A DNA stretch of 64,000 bases from Dehalococcoidia bacterium (GTDB lineage Bacteria; Chloroflexota; Dehalococcoidia; Bin125): NCBI GenBank assembly GCA_965261225.1, contig OZ253456.1, positions 771,617 through 835,616 on the forward strand, in the 5' to 3' direction. Below the pieces are notes generated by a model. That model saw only the letters and a program-made list of their open reading frames with translations, searched no databases and was not told the origin of the DNA. The translations under genes and the position numbers were made by a program. This document shows, piece after piece, positions 44,642-54,599 of this stretch (the stretch's first letter is position 1; the number at the start of each line of letters is the position of its first letter).

Positions 44642-45556
44642 ATGCCCACCGTCATCGACGTCCATGTCCACCTCTGCCGAACTCCACAGCAAGAAGCGAT
44701 CGTCTTCCCGCGCCGAGGCTTGCCACTCTCATGGCGCTGGGCCAACGGCGACGCCTGCGGCGAGTACATGGCCCGCAACGACGTCGAGGCGATTGTCGGC
44801 CTGAACTACATGGTCGTCCCGGAGATGTTTGAACAACAACGGGAGCGTCGTCCTGAAGCGTCGGACGAGGACCTCTACGACAGGCTGAGACAGCGGGTCC
44901 GCGGTTTCAACACGTGGACCCTGGAGCGTCAGCAAGAGGACCCGAGAATCCGCACTTTTCTTTGCTGCGATATCGGCGCCTGGCGCGATACCGATCTGCT
45001 GATGGAGGAGTTGGAGCGAGGCGTCGCGTTGGGCGCGCGCGGGGTGAAGATGCATCCCGGTCTCGGTCGTTATTTCCCCGGGGACGAGCGCATGATGCCG
45101 CTCTACGCACGGCTCGAGGAGCTCGGATTGCCCATCCTCAGCGACACCGGCGCATTGCGTGGCGGTCCCGGCGAGGACGCCTACGGCATGCCTGACCACT
45201 TCATCCCCGTCTTTGAACGCTTCCCCAAGCTGCAATTGATCATGGCGCACATGCCGGGCGCTTATTGGGATCAGCGCATCGAGATCGCCAGGCGCTTCCC
45301 CCAGGTCCTGTTCGACACCGCCGGAGGCTTCGACGACGGCCACTTCACCTGCCGCGACGGTCGTCGAGCCTGCGCAATCGAGGACGCGGCGCGATTGATA
45401 CGCACACTCGGTACAGAACGAGTCCTGTTCGGTTCAGACGCACCCGGCGCAGACCAGCGTCCACAGGTACTGCAACTGTTAAGAAGCGGGTTAACCGATA
45501 GCGAACTCGACCTGGTCTTAGTAGAGAACGCACGTCCCGTGCTCGGGCTGGGCTGA
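44642..45556 (+). CDS. Amidohydrolase-2 family metal-dependent hydrolase
   Basis: 304 aa: MPTVIDVHVHL.., ..GVKMHPG.., ..IMAHMPG.., ..VLFGSDAP.. Confidence 0.7.
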   Translation: MPTVIDVHVHLCRTPQQEAIVFPRRGLPLSWRWANGDACGEYMARNDVEAIVGLNYMVVPEMFEQQRERRPEASDEDLYDRLRQRVRGFNTWTLERQQEDPRIRTFLCCDIGAWRDTDLLMEELERGVALGARGVKMHPGLGRYFPGDERMMPLYARLEELGLPILSDTGALRGGPGEDAYGMPDHFIPVFERFPKLQLIMAHMPGAYWDQRIEIARRFPQVLFDTAGGFDDGHFTCRDGRRACAIEDAARLIRTLGTERVLFGSDAPGADQRPQVLQLLRSGLTDSELDLVLVENARPVLGLG

Positions 45557-45676
45557 CGACCTGAATTGACATGCCGTCGCCAAGGGGTACAATGGCGGAG
45601 CAGGTAGGCGAGCGCTACTGGCCGTTCGCTGGTGGACAGGGGGTATTCCCCCCGCCTTCCTGCCGCAATCATCCAC

Positions 45677-46432
45677 ATGTACCTCCTCTACCTCGACGAA
45701 TCTGGATCAACCGGCTCAGGCTACTTCGTAGTCGGAGGTCTTGCTGTCCATGAGCAGGATGCATGGCCACTTGCTCAACGAGCGGAACTGCTCTCGAATC
45801 GCATCAGCAACTACGGACGCGGCGCAGAATTTCATGCCAGCCCGATGCGGCGAGGCAAAGGTGAATGGCACACCGTTTCTCCTAGAGAACGAGACCTGAT
45901 TACTAGTGAGATCGCCGAGATACTCACGACAGATCTTCCCGAGACGAAGCGGCCTCCAGTGTTGTTTGCCACTGCTCTTCACAAAGCCTCGGCTCGTCAA
46001 CACAATCCATATGAGCGGACCTACGAGGAGTTCTTCGCGCGGTGCAACGGCTATCTGGGGCGACGCGCCAGTGCCGGCGATCGGCATCGTTGCGTCGCTA
46101 TCTCCGACAAGAGCGACCATCTTGAGGCGGCTTTGCAGAGGCGCATGCAAGAATGGATGGTGAGTGGAGCCTCAACCGGTGCAAGAATCGGCAGGATGTC
46201 CAGTTACGCAGAAGTGCCGCTGTTCGTTGACAGTCGAGCGAGCCGCCTTGTGCAACTCGCGGACTTCGTCGCCTTCTGGATCTTTCGCGCTTACACGAAT
46301 CAGGATCACGAGATTCTGGACAGGCTGCTGCCTGCATTCGATCAAGAGGACAGCGGGCCGATCCACGGGCTCGTACACCTGGTCGACGACTATTCGACCT
46401 GCTCGTGCGCAGCCTGCCTCTCTCGACGCTGA
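45677..46432 (+). CDS. DUF3800 domain protein
   Basis: Internal ATG of ORF 45632..46432: MYLLYLDESGSTGSGYFVVGGLAV.. ... ..SRLVQLADFVAFWIFR.. Confidence 0.7.
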   Translation: MYLLYLDESGSTGSGYFVVGGLAVHEQDAWPLAQRAELLSNRISNYGRGAEFHASPMRRGKGEWHTVSPRERDLITSEIAEILTTDLPETKRPPVLFATALHKASARQHNPYERTYEEFFARCNGYLGRRASAGDRHRCVAISDKSDHLEAALQRRMQEWMVSGASTGARIGRMSSYAEVPLFVDSRASRLVQLADFVAFWIFRAYTNQDHEILDRLLPAFDQEDSGPIHGLVHLVDDYSTCSCAACLSRR

Positions 46433-46452
46433 ACACGCCGTAGACTCCGCTC

Positions 46453-47628
46453 ATGAGCAACCAACCCGACCGCAGTGCGCTGCGCAATCTCCAGGACAAG
46501 ACCGCCATCGTCGGTGTCGGCACGACCGAGTTTGGCTCGATTTACCGCGACCTTGACCCTGAACGTTCTGCCTACGAACTCGGCCTCATCGCCTTTCGCG
46601 AAGCCCTAACGGACGCCGGCCTGAAACGCACCGATGTCGACGGCGTGATCGTCTCGCGACTGCCGCACTATGGGCGGATGTGCGAGATGATTGGTCTGCG
46701 CCATCCACGCTTCGTCAACGTCCTGCCGGGCGAAGGTCGACAATCAGGCATCGCCTTGCAGTATGCGGCGCTGGCCGTCGCCAACGGCATGGCCGATGTT
46801 GTCGCCTGCATCTACGGCAACAACGGACGCTCGACCGGGGCGCGCTACGGCGGCGAGAATCGCGGCATCTCAACCCAGGCCATGTTCGAAGCGCCGTACG
46901 GCATGACCTCGCCGGGCGCGGTGACTTCGATGATGTTCCGCCGGCACCAGTATCGATACGGCACCACGACCGAACCCTTGGGACACCTCGCAATCTCCAA
47001 CCGCGCCAATGCGGCGCTCAATCCCAACGCGGTGATGCAACGTCCGATCACGATGGACGACTACGAGGGCGCTCGCTACATCGCCGAGCCGCTCTGCCTC
47101 TTCGACTACTGCCTGATCAACGACGGCGGCGTTTGCTTCATCGTCACGTCAGCCGAGCGCGCCCGCGATCTCAAGCACACTCCGGTGCTAGTCCACGCGA
47201 CGTCGCAGGCGTCGGACATCACGCCCGTCTACGTCGCGGATGACTTCTGGCACGAGCCGATGTCACAGATCGCCGACGACCTGTTCACCCACTCGGACGT
47301 TCAGCGTGACGACCTGGCGTTCGCTCAGCTCTACGACAACTTCACGCCAACGATGCTCTTCACACTGGAAGGCATGGGATTCTGTGAGCGTGGTGAAGGC
47401 GGCGACTGGATCACGCCCGAGCGGATCGGCCTGCACGGTGAGCTGCCGCTCAACACCGGCGGCGGACACACGAGCGAGTCCTACATGCAGGGCTGGGCGC
47501 TCCATGTCGAGGCGGTCCGGCAGTTGCGCCAGGAATGCGGCGAGCGGCAGGTTGACGACGCACAGTACGGCCTTTATGCCTGCGCCGCGCCGTTGGCCAC
47601 GGGACACATTCTGCGTCGCGGTGATTAG
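46453..47628 (+). CDS. Thiolase-like (SCP-x/lipid-transfer type) protein
   Basis: 391 aa: ..KTAIVGVGTTEFG.., ..LNTGGGHTSESYMQGW.. Confidence 0.8.
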   Translation: MSNQPDRSALRNLQDKTAIVGVGTTEFGSIYRDLDPERSAYELGLIAFREALTDAGLKRTDVDGVIVSRLPHYGRMCEMIGLRHPRFVNVLPGEGRQSGIALQYAALAVANGMADVVACIYGNNGRSTGARYGGENRGISTQAMFEAPYGMTSPGAVTSMMFRRHQYRYGTTTEPLGHLAISNRANAALNPNAVMQRPITMDDYEGARYIAEPLCLFDYCLINDGGVCFIVTSAERARDLKHTPVLVHATSQASDITPVYVADDFWHEPMSQIADDLFTHSDVQRDDLAFAQLYDNFTPTMLFTLEGMGFCERGEGGDWITPERIGLHGELPLNTGGGHTSESYMQGWALHVEAVRQLRQECGERQVDDAQYGLYACAAPLATGHILRRGD

Positions 47629-47640
47629 GGGAGACAACTG

Positions 47641-48087
47641 ATGACGACGCCAACCACTGACCAGATCGCGGGACAGTCCTACGAGAAGCCGCTGCCGCCG
47701 ATGCTCGGCCTGACCAAGCCGTTCTGGGACGGCTGCCGCGAAGGCATCCTGCAAATTCAGTTCTGCAACATCTGCGACCTGCCCTGGTTCCCGCCGGCCG
47801 AGGCCTGCCCTCGCTGTCTACAGGACGACTGGGAATGGCGACCCATTTCCGGACACGGGACAGTCTGGTCCTGGATACGCATGTGGCAGAAGTACTTCCC
47901 CGGCTGGGAGCCCGACGAGTATCCCTACACGGTCGCCCTGATCAAGCTCGAAGAGGGACCGTACATGTACTCAACGCTGGTCGACATCGAAGACAAAGAT
48001 GTCAGTTGCGATCTCAATGTCGAAGTCGATTTCCGCATGGTCAACGACGAGATCACACTACCGGTCTTCCGACCAACACACGGCTAG
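47641..48087 (+). CDS. DUF35 OB-fold/zinc-ribbon protein (thiolase partner)
   Basis: 148 aa: ..PFWDGCREGILQIQFCNICDLPWFPPAEACPRCL.. Confidence 0.8.
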   Translation: MTTPTTDQIAGQSYEKPLPPMLGLTKPFWDGCREGILQIQFCNICDLPWFPPAEACPRCLQDDWEWRPISGHGTVWSWIRMWQKYFPGWEPDEYPYTVALIKLEEGPYMYSTLVDIEDKDVSCDLNVEVDFRMVNDEITLPVFRPTHG

Positions 48088-48093
48088 CCTGCA

Positions 48094-48615
48094 ATGTCCC
48101 ACCAGCCGGAATCGTATGAGCAGGGTTGGCCGGCTCGCGATTTTGACGAAGCAGCCCGAGACTATCTGCTAGATGAAGCCCGGCCACGCGTGCAAGAACA
48201 GATCGCGCATATTGGCGCACAGGACGTGAAGACGGTCGCGTTGTTCACAGCAAGCGCAATCGTGTTTACTGCGACAGGGTTGATCGGGGACGTGAGATTT
48301 GCGCTCACGCCGGTGGCGATTCTCACACTGGCCACCATTGCTGCATCATTAGGTTCGTGGTTTTTCCTGGGTACGGCATATTGGACGCGGGACGTTAAAG
48401 TAGGCATCGATCTGGAGATCATTCAGACCAGCTACGCAGGCGCCTCAGAGCGAACCCTGCGAGATGCTTCGCTCGAAGCACTAGCTTATGCCTTCAAATT
48501 CAATCAGCAAGTGGTCGCCGACAAGGCCACGTGGATCCGGCGGTCCTTCATTGCAGTCGCCGTACAATTCCTGCTTCTAGTCGCTTCGGTACTCGCCAAT
48601 TCAGCCGTCGGGTAG
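48094..48615 (+). CDS. Hypothetical membrane protein (about 3-4 TM segments), lower G+C
   Basis: 173-aa ORF with an N-terminal soluble helix followed by TM segments (..KTVALFTASAIVFTATGLIG.., ..VAILTLATIAASLGSWFFLG..). Confidence 0.55.
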   Translation: MSHQPESYEQGWPARDFDEAARDYLLDEARPRVQEQIAHIGAQDVKTVALFTASAIVFTATGLIGDVRFALTPVAILTLATIAASLGSWFFLGTAYWTRDVKVGIDLEIIQTSYAGASERTLRDASLEALAYAFKFNQQVVADKATWIRRSFIAVAVQFLLLVASVLANSAVG

Positions 48616-48660
48616 CAAGAGCCGCCGATCGTGGATCCAGTGCCCGGTGCGGAATCGTAA

Positions 48661-48816
48661 TCAGGCGCCGCGAGTTTCTGTGGTTATTGGTAGCGGTCGC
48701 CTTTTCTTAGTCTTCGCCGCCGTCTGACCCGCGGAACTCGGCGTGACGTTCTTTGCCACGCTCGGCGTCTCTTTGCCCTGCTTGGGTTTGCCACTCTTCT
48801 TGCGGAACAGAGCCAT
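48661..48816 (-). CDS. Possible small basic protein (51 aa)
   Basis: Below the ORF-track cutoff. My translation reads MALFRKKSGKPKQGKETPSVAKNVTPSSAGQTAAKTKKRRPLPITTETRGA*, preceded by GGGAGG. Confidence 0.35.
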   Translation of the reverse strand: MALFRKKSGKPKQGKETPSVAKNVTPSSAGQTAAKTKKRRPLPITTETRGA

Positions 48817-48861
48817 CAATGACCTCCCACAGAGTCAATCCGTCCAATGTCCTCAGCATAG

Positions 48862-50043
48862 CTACTCTCTGGTTCGGCCAAGCACGCCTATCAGCACTTC
48901 CTGCTGATGCTCCCCGAGCCTCGGCGCTGGACGCCTGACCGACGCCGGCGTCCTCTCAAAGTCCCAGGGCGGCGCGACCTGTTGCAGGACTGAACCGTCT
49001 CCCTGCTCTACGCCAACGATCGCCCCGACCGCCTCAACCTGTGGATCCCGGCTGAGCCGCTTATAGTCGTGCATCGGGAAGGCCCAGCCGCCATGACGCT
49101 CGACGATCTCGATCACCTTCTCAGCGTCAAAGTTGGCGAATCCGCGTTCCCAGAGCGGCTTCAACTCGGCCGCGTAGCGACCGGCGCCTCCCGCTCCATC
49201 AGTCCGTAGTCGGTCGAAGTCCGGATGTGTTCGTACCCAGTCCATGCCCAGTTCATCAATCAGGGCCTCAAAGGCGTCGCCACTGATTCGCGCCAGCGAG
49301 AAGTAGATGGGCAGGTCGCGACATTGATAACCATGATCAGGAGGCTTGATGTAGGAGTCGAGGTGGAATCCCCACCACTCGTCGGGATTGGACAGCGCGA
49401 CCCAGAGTGTCGAGCGCATCGCAAGCAGGCTGCCGAACAGCGATACCTCGACTCGCTGCCCGCCTGTCGGCGCAGAGGGATCGGAATCGTCTCGCGCGTA
49501 GAGCGCGGCGCAGATCGCCTGGATCGCGTAGTTGGCGGCATACATCGAGCCAATGTCCCCGCCCTGGCGCACCGGTTCCTCGCCGATCACTCCGAGCGAC
49601 GCCGTCGATTCGCTGGCCAATTGCGCAGCAAGCTCGGAAGTCGGCCGGTCGTTCCACGGACCATGTGGTCCGAATCCTGAGAATGCGCAGTAGACGAGGC
49701 CGGGAGCGTCAAGCGAATCCCAACTCAATGCGTCGGGCAAGCCGACTTTGTCGACGATTGCCACATCAGCGCCGGCAAGCAGTTGCCGCGCAGCCTCAAG
49801 ATCGCGTTGCGACGACCAGTCGAGCGTGACACATCGCTTGTTGCGATTGAGGGCCTGAAACAGGGCCGAAGCTCCGCTCTCCGTCTGCGGCGACCAACTG
49901 CGCGCTCGGTCGCCCGACGGCGGCTCAATCTTGATCACATCTGCCCCGGCGTCGCCCAGCGACATGGCCGTGTACGGGCCTGCGACGCCTTCAGAAATCT
50001 CGACGACCCGGTATCCATCCAGTGGACCGGGCATGTCAGTCAC
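48862..50043 (-). CDS. Family III CoA-transferase (CaiB/BaiF-like)
   Basis: 393 aa: MTDMPGPLDGYRVVEISEGVAGPYTAMSLGDAGADVIKIEP.. Confidence 0.85.
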   Translation of the reverse strand: MTDMPGPLDGYRVVEISEGVAGPYTAMSLGDAGADVIKIEPPSGDRARSWSPQTESGASALFQALNRNKRCVTLDWSSQRDLEAARQLLAGADVAIVDKVGLPDALSWDSLDAPGLVYCAFSGFGPHGPWNDRPTSELAAQLASESTASLGVIGEEPVRQGGDIGSMYAANYAIQAICAALYARDDSDPSAPTGGQRVEVSLFGSLLAMRSTLWVALSNPDEWWGFHLDSYIKPPDHGYQCRDLPIYFSLARISGDAFEALIDELGMDWVRTHPDFDRLRTDGAGGAGRYAAELKPLWERGFANFDAEKVIEIVERHGGWAFPMHDYKRLSRDPQVEAVGAIVGVEQGDGSVLQQVAPPWDFERTPASVRRPAPRLGEHQQEVLIGVLGRTRE

Positions 50044-51265
50044 CCACCACGGGTGACGGCTCTGACGCTGTGATGCGGCGCAGACTCAGCTCATCGAGGA
50101 TGTCGCCGGTGTGCTCGCCGGGCATTGGCGTGCCGAACCAGCGAGCCGGCGTTCTCGACAGCTCCCAGGGCGGACCCCCGGACCAGACATCACCCCAGCC
50201 GGACGTGGTGACTTCGCGCAGGTAGCCGTTCTCGATGGCTTGCGCGTGTTGTTGCAAGGATTCGAATGAGATTGGGTAGCCACATGGCACGCCGGCGTCT
50301 GCGAGGCGCAACATCCAGTAGTTGCGGGGACGCTGCAGGAAGGCTCCCTGAAGTAGCAATGCCAACTCGTCTCGGTGCGCGACGCGGTCGAGGTTGGTTA
50401 CGAATCGTGGATCGACTGCGAGTTCGCTCAGACCGGCGACCCGCGCCTCCGATGCATTCAGCGCATCGCAAAGTCTGGTCCATTCGTCCTCGCTCGTCGC
50501 CGCGACACCGATCCAATCGCCGCCCTGGCATTGAAATGCCTGGTCGGGCGCGGCCGCGAAGCCGGCAGAGCCTAACGGTTGGTGTTGGACACCTGTAGCC
50601 AGGTATTCCGCGATCCTCCCGCTCTGCAGGGACATGCCTGCGCGCAACATGCCGACGTGAATCCGCTGTCCCTTGCCCGTGCGTTTGTGAGCCAACAGAC
50701 CCATCAACACCGCTTGCGCAGCGACGTTGCCGGTGCTCGCATCCAGCTGGGTGAAGTGTCGGTAGACCTCCGGCTTGCCGTCTCGCTTGCCGTTCACCGA
50801 CCAGAAGCCGGTGAAGTACTGGCACTGCACGTCGGCGCCCGGCTTGTCACGCATCGGGCCGACCTCGCCCCAGCCGGTGATGGCGGTGTAGATGATGTTG
50901 GGATTGGCCGCCGCGACCTGTTCGTAGCCGACGCCCATGCGATCGGCGGCGCCGGGTCGCATATTGATCATGAAGACATCGCAGGTCTGCAGCAGTTCGT
51001 ATGCAGTCTGCCGATCCGACGGCGACTTCAGATCGAGGAACAGCCCACGCTTGTTCATGTTCCAGGTGATGTAGCCGACCGAGGTCCCGTTGATGGCCGG
51101 CGGCACACCGGCGCCCAGCGTGCGCGGGTCGACGCCGGGCTGCTCAATGTGAATCACATCCGCGCCCAGGGCGCCCAACTGCATCGACGCCCACGGCCCC
51201 ACCATCCACAGCGTCAGATCGAAGACGCGAACCCCATCAAGCGGTCCGGGCATATCAGCCTCCAT
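50036..51265 (-). CDS. Family III CoA-transferase (CaiB/BaiF-like)
   Basis: 409 aa: ..MPGPLDGVRVFDLTLWMVGPWASMQLGALGADVIHIEQ.. It overlaps the next gene by 8 nt. Confidence 0.85.
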   Translation of the reverse strand: MEADMPGPLDGVRVFDLTLWMVGPWASMQLGALGADVIHIEQPGVDPRTLGAGVPPAINGTSVGYITWNMNKRGLFLDLKSPSDRQTAYELLQTCDVFMINMRPGAADRMGVGYEQVAAANPNIIYTAITGWGEVGPMRDKPGADVQCQYFTGFWSVNGKRDGKPEVYRHFTQLDASTGNVAAQAVLMGLLAHKRTGKGQRIHVGMLRAGMSLQSGRIAEYLATGVQHQPLGSAGFAAAPDQAFQCQGGDWIGVAATSEDEWTRLCDALNASEARVAGLSELAVDPRFVTNLDRVAHRDELALLLQGAFLQRPRNYWMLRLADAGVPCGYPISFESLQQHAQAIENGYLREVTTSGWGDVWSGGPPWELSRTPARWFGTPMPGEHTGDILDELSLRRITASEPSPVVGD

Positions 51266-51379
51266 CCAAAGTTGGCATCCGCCGACATGATAGGTCTGAC
51301 CTAGCAGGCTGCTGAAAAGTCGAGTAGCCCGTGGATCTGACGGAGTGGGAATGTTTGGCGGCGCGGCCTTGCTGACCAG

Positions 51380-51961
51380 ATGAGACTGACGGATGCTCAG
51401 TACGAGCGGGTCGCGCCGTTGCTGCCCAGGCGCGAGGCAAGTCGACGATTCCCCAGCGCCAAGTCCTGGATGCGCTGATCTATATCGCGAAAGAGGGCTG
51501 CACCTGGCGTGGCTTGCCGCCGGAGTTCGGCCACTGGCGCACGATCTACATGCGGCTCAATCGCTGGTCGCCGACGAGCGCACGCCAGTGATCATCGGAC
51601 GCTCACCTGGTCAGACCGGCGACGCGCCGGCTGGTCGCGAGCTGCTGCGCCGGCTCGGTCCGGTCAGCGGTGGCCCGGCTCTGATCATGGACCGCGCCGA
51701 CCACGGCAATGAGACGCGTCAACTGGCGCGCGACCTGGGCTACCGCCCGGTCGTCCCGCCGCCCAGCTACGGCAATCCGGCCTGGACCTACGACCGCGAA
51801 TTCTTCCGCCGACGCAACGAGGTCGAGCGCTGCTGCTGCCGGCTGAAGCGCTTCCGCCGGATCGCGACCCGCTACGCGCCGCCCGCTACGACAAACTCGA
51901 CCTCATCTTCCTCAGCGTCATCCATCTCGCCCTGATCTACGACGCACTCCAACTACTGTGA
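51380..51961 (+). mobile_element. Degraded IS5-family (IS427-group-like) transposase gene
   Basis: N-terminus MRLTDAQYERVAPLLP.. then, after a frame change, ..RQVLDALIYIAKEGCTWRGLPPEFGHWRTIYMRLNRW.. The middle is missing. The C-terminus reads ..DRADHGNETRQLARDLGYRPVVPP...RRRNEVERCCCRLKRFRRIATRY..DKLDLIFLSVIHLALIYDALQLL*, spread over several frames. Confidence 0.7.
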
Positions 51962-51998
51962 ACAGCCCCGAGCCCGAGACGGCAAGCGCCACGCTCAG

Positions 51999-52391
51999 CT
52001 CCTGGTCCAAGGCCCACTCGAACACTGACTCGTCCGTATCGCTGTCCTGCTCGCCGGAGACCAGCTTGCGGGCCAGGACCAGCATTAGGTCGTCGCCGTC
52101 ATCGCCGTGGGCGGTAAGCCCGTCCTCGGGCAATTCGCCTTCGACCGCGAGCGAACTCTGCAGCTTCTGCGCCACGAGTGTGAGTGCGTCCGCCTGGAGG
52201 GCGTTCCGGTAGGCCATGAACACGACCTTGACCGGCTCGGTCTGGCCGATTCGCCAGGAGCGGCGCAAGGCCTGGCGCTGGAAACCATGATCGAGGTGGG
52301 CACGCCGGCGCCGACTGCGCGGCGGTAACGGCGACTGCTGGCGCGGGTGGAGAACAGCGGCCTGGTCCAGCCGACTGCCTGCGGCTGGACG
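51999..52391 (-). pseudogene. C-terminal fragment of an SNF2/DEAD-like helicase
   Basis: Part of ORF 51918..52493: ..RRSWRIGQTEPVKVVFMAYRNALQADALTLVAQKLQSS.. (helicase motif VI, RIGQ). No N-terminal helicase domain lies upstream. It abuts the IS remnant. Confidence 0.5.
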
Positions 52392-52573
52392 GGTCGGCGC
52401 GCCTCGGGCCGGATCCTTGCCAAGCACAAGAACTGCATCAGTATCGGAGCTGGTCCTCACGTTGTTGCTCCGATCTAACCGGTACGCTTGCACCCTCTGA
52501 CCAATCGTCGTCCGTCAGCCTTATCCACTGTTCCGGCTGTTGACCACTGCCGCGACCCGAGGAGGAACGTCGG

Positions 52574-53332
52574 ATGAACAGACAAAACAGCGGCGAGGTT
52601 GAGCTAACGGGCGAAGAGATCTTTTCGCTCATGTTCCTGTTGTTACTGGCAGCGATCATGTGGTTTTTCGGCGGGCTGGTAACAAACGGCGTTGACAACT
52701 TCTTCCGCTTCGGTCCCAACCATGTATGGACTGAGACCACACTGCCAGGTATCGAGTTAGCGATCGTCCCACTCACGGCGCTCGCCGTCGTACGGTGGCG
52801 CTTCGGCGTGGACCGGATCCTGGCGCTGCGCGGGAACCGCGTCGGTCCGTTACTCCCGCTGTTGATGTCGGCCTCGCTGTTCGGATTGGTCACGTACCTG
52901 GTCGCGACTTGGATATCACCGCAGGCAGTGCTCGGGTTGCAGCTTGAGTTTGGCCCGCTGCGCTGGCTGGGCATCGTGCTCATGGCGGGCTTCACCTGGG
53001 TCTGCATGCCGCTTTTTCCTCGGGTCTCCGCGACATTAGCCGGCATGATTGCCGGACCTGCGCTGTTCGCCATCTTTGGTTACTCGTTCTTCGGCTCCTG
53101 CATGCCCGAATACGTGGGCCCGGGAATCGAACGAAATCTTGCTTGGGGCTTACTCGTTGTCAGCCCGCTCGCAACGCTCGTCTGGGCCGGAGGCGCACTC
53201 TGGCTGTGGGCGCGCGCCCGGACTGGCACTGAGATGCACGCTTCTTCCAATCCGCTGCACTTCGCGGTCTGGAGTGGCGCGATCATGCTGGGATTGGCGA
53301 TACTCGGAACCCTCCCTTTCACAGCCTGTTGA
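52574..53332 (+). CDS. Hypothetical polytopic membrane protein
   Basis: 252-aa ORF with about 7 hydrophobic segments. No family recognised. Confidence 0.5.
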   Translation: MNRQNSGEVELTGEEIFSLMFLLLLAAIMWFFGGLVTNGVDNFFRFGPNHVWTETTLPGIELAIVPLTALAVVRWRFGVDRILALRGNRVGPLLPLLMSASLFGLVTYLVATWISPQAVLGLQLEFGPLRWLGIVLMAGFTWVCMPLFPRVSATLAGMIAGPALFAIFGYSFFGSCMPEYVGPGIERNLAWGLLVVSPLATLVWAGGALWLWARARTGTEMHASSNPLHFAVWSGAIMLGLAILGTLPFTAC

Positions 53333-53862
53333 CGCTGATGCTCTTGTCGTTCGGGAGCACGCGGCGCCGTCACATTATCGCGGCGGCCAACTGTCGCCAG
53401 TCCACTAAACTGGACGAAATCAAGAGCCTTTGAGCTGACATTTGCGCTTGTTCTGTAGGCGAACTCGGGGTTACAGCGCCCAGAACCACACCTTCCACGG
53501 TTGAGCAGCGCTCAGGCCGGTTGGAACTGACGGCCGGCAGACTGCGAGTTGGAGTTTGGCGCTCCGAGTGTGGTCGCCACAGCCACTTGGCGATGTGCAG
53601 TACGGACCTGGATCGCACCGCACCTCAGCGACTTTCAGGCGCAAGACGGCTCAGGCCAGACGTGGCTCGCTGATTAGCAGGTTGGCCAAGCCGAGCAATA
53701 GCGCCAGTGGGCTGACAGGCGGCAGGCGCCGACGCCGCACAGGACGCATCGCCATTTTCTAAACGGTAGCTTCGATAGTGCATTCCGGGCCGTCAAGGCT
53801 CGGCGCGAGTGGGCTGGTCTGGTCGCGAGCGGTGGTCGACATGCCGTCGAAACGGGTGACGC

Positions 53863-54599
53863 ATGATTGACGCAGCGAATACCGCCTGAGTGCTGATCTG
53901 CTCGGCCCTCGTCTTACTTATGATCCCTGGTCTGTTGTTCTTCTACGGTGGACTTGTACGCAAGAAGAATGTCGCCGGGACGCGCTAATGCAGGTCATCG
54001 TGACGATGGGCGTGGTTGGCGTCGTCTGGGTGTTGTGGGGTTATAGCCTGGCCTTCGGCCCCTCGCTCGGCGGCTTCATCGGCAACCTCGAGTGGTTTGC
54101 CCTCTCAGGCGTCAGCGCGATGGAGCCCGGGCCCTACTCGGACACCATCCCGCATCAGGCGTTCATGATCTTTCAAGGTATGTTCGCCCTGATCACGCCG
54201 GCTGCCGGATTCGTCGGCGTCATGCCGGCGCTCGTGATCGGTCTGGTGGCGGGCGTCGTTTGTTACTGGGCGGTGGAGTTGCTCGGCAAGCTGCGGATCG
54301 ACGACTCACTGGCGGTGTTGGGCGTGCACGGCAGTGGCGGGACCTGGGGCGCGATCGCCACCGGGCTGTTCGTCGGCATTGGCTACGGAGCGCTGGCCGA
54401 CGGCGTCAGTCGCGGCGAGCAGATCCTCTACCAGCTGATCAGCATTGGCGCGGCCTGGGGCTGGTCGCTCGTCGCCACCGCAGTCATCTTGCTGGCGATC
54501 AAATACGCCATGGGACTTCGGCTGCCGGACCGCGATGAGGAGCTCGGTTTAGACCTGTCCCAGCACGACGAAACCGCCTACACGTTTGACGACCGCTAG
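53863..54599 (+). pseudogene. Degraded ammonium transporter gene
   Basis: MIDAANTA-TGA-VLICSALVLLMIPGLLFFYGGLVRKKNV.. carries a stop where Amt proteins have Trp. A frame change follows near 53985 into ORF 53988..54599. That ORF jumps from ..FQGMFALITPA directly to the C-terminal third (..DDSLAVLGVHGSGGTWGAIATGLF..), so roughly 200 aa appear to be missing. Confidence 0.75.

Noticed and set aside
53887-53889. In-frame TGA in the second amt gene as another selenocysteine codon
   Set aside because: It aligns with a conserved Trp (TGG to TGA), not a redox Cys. No hairpin follows, and the gene also has a frameshift and a large internal deletion, so it is a pseudogene.
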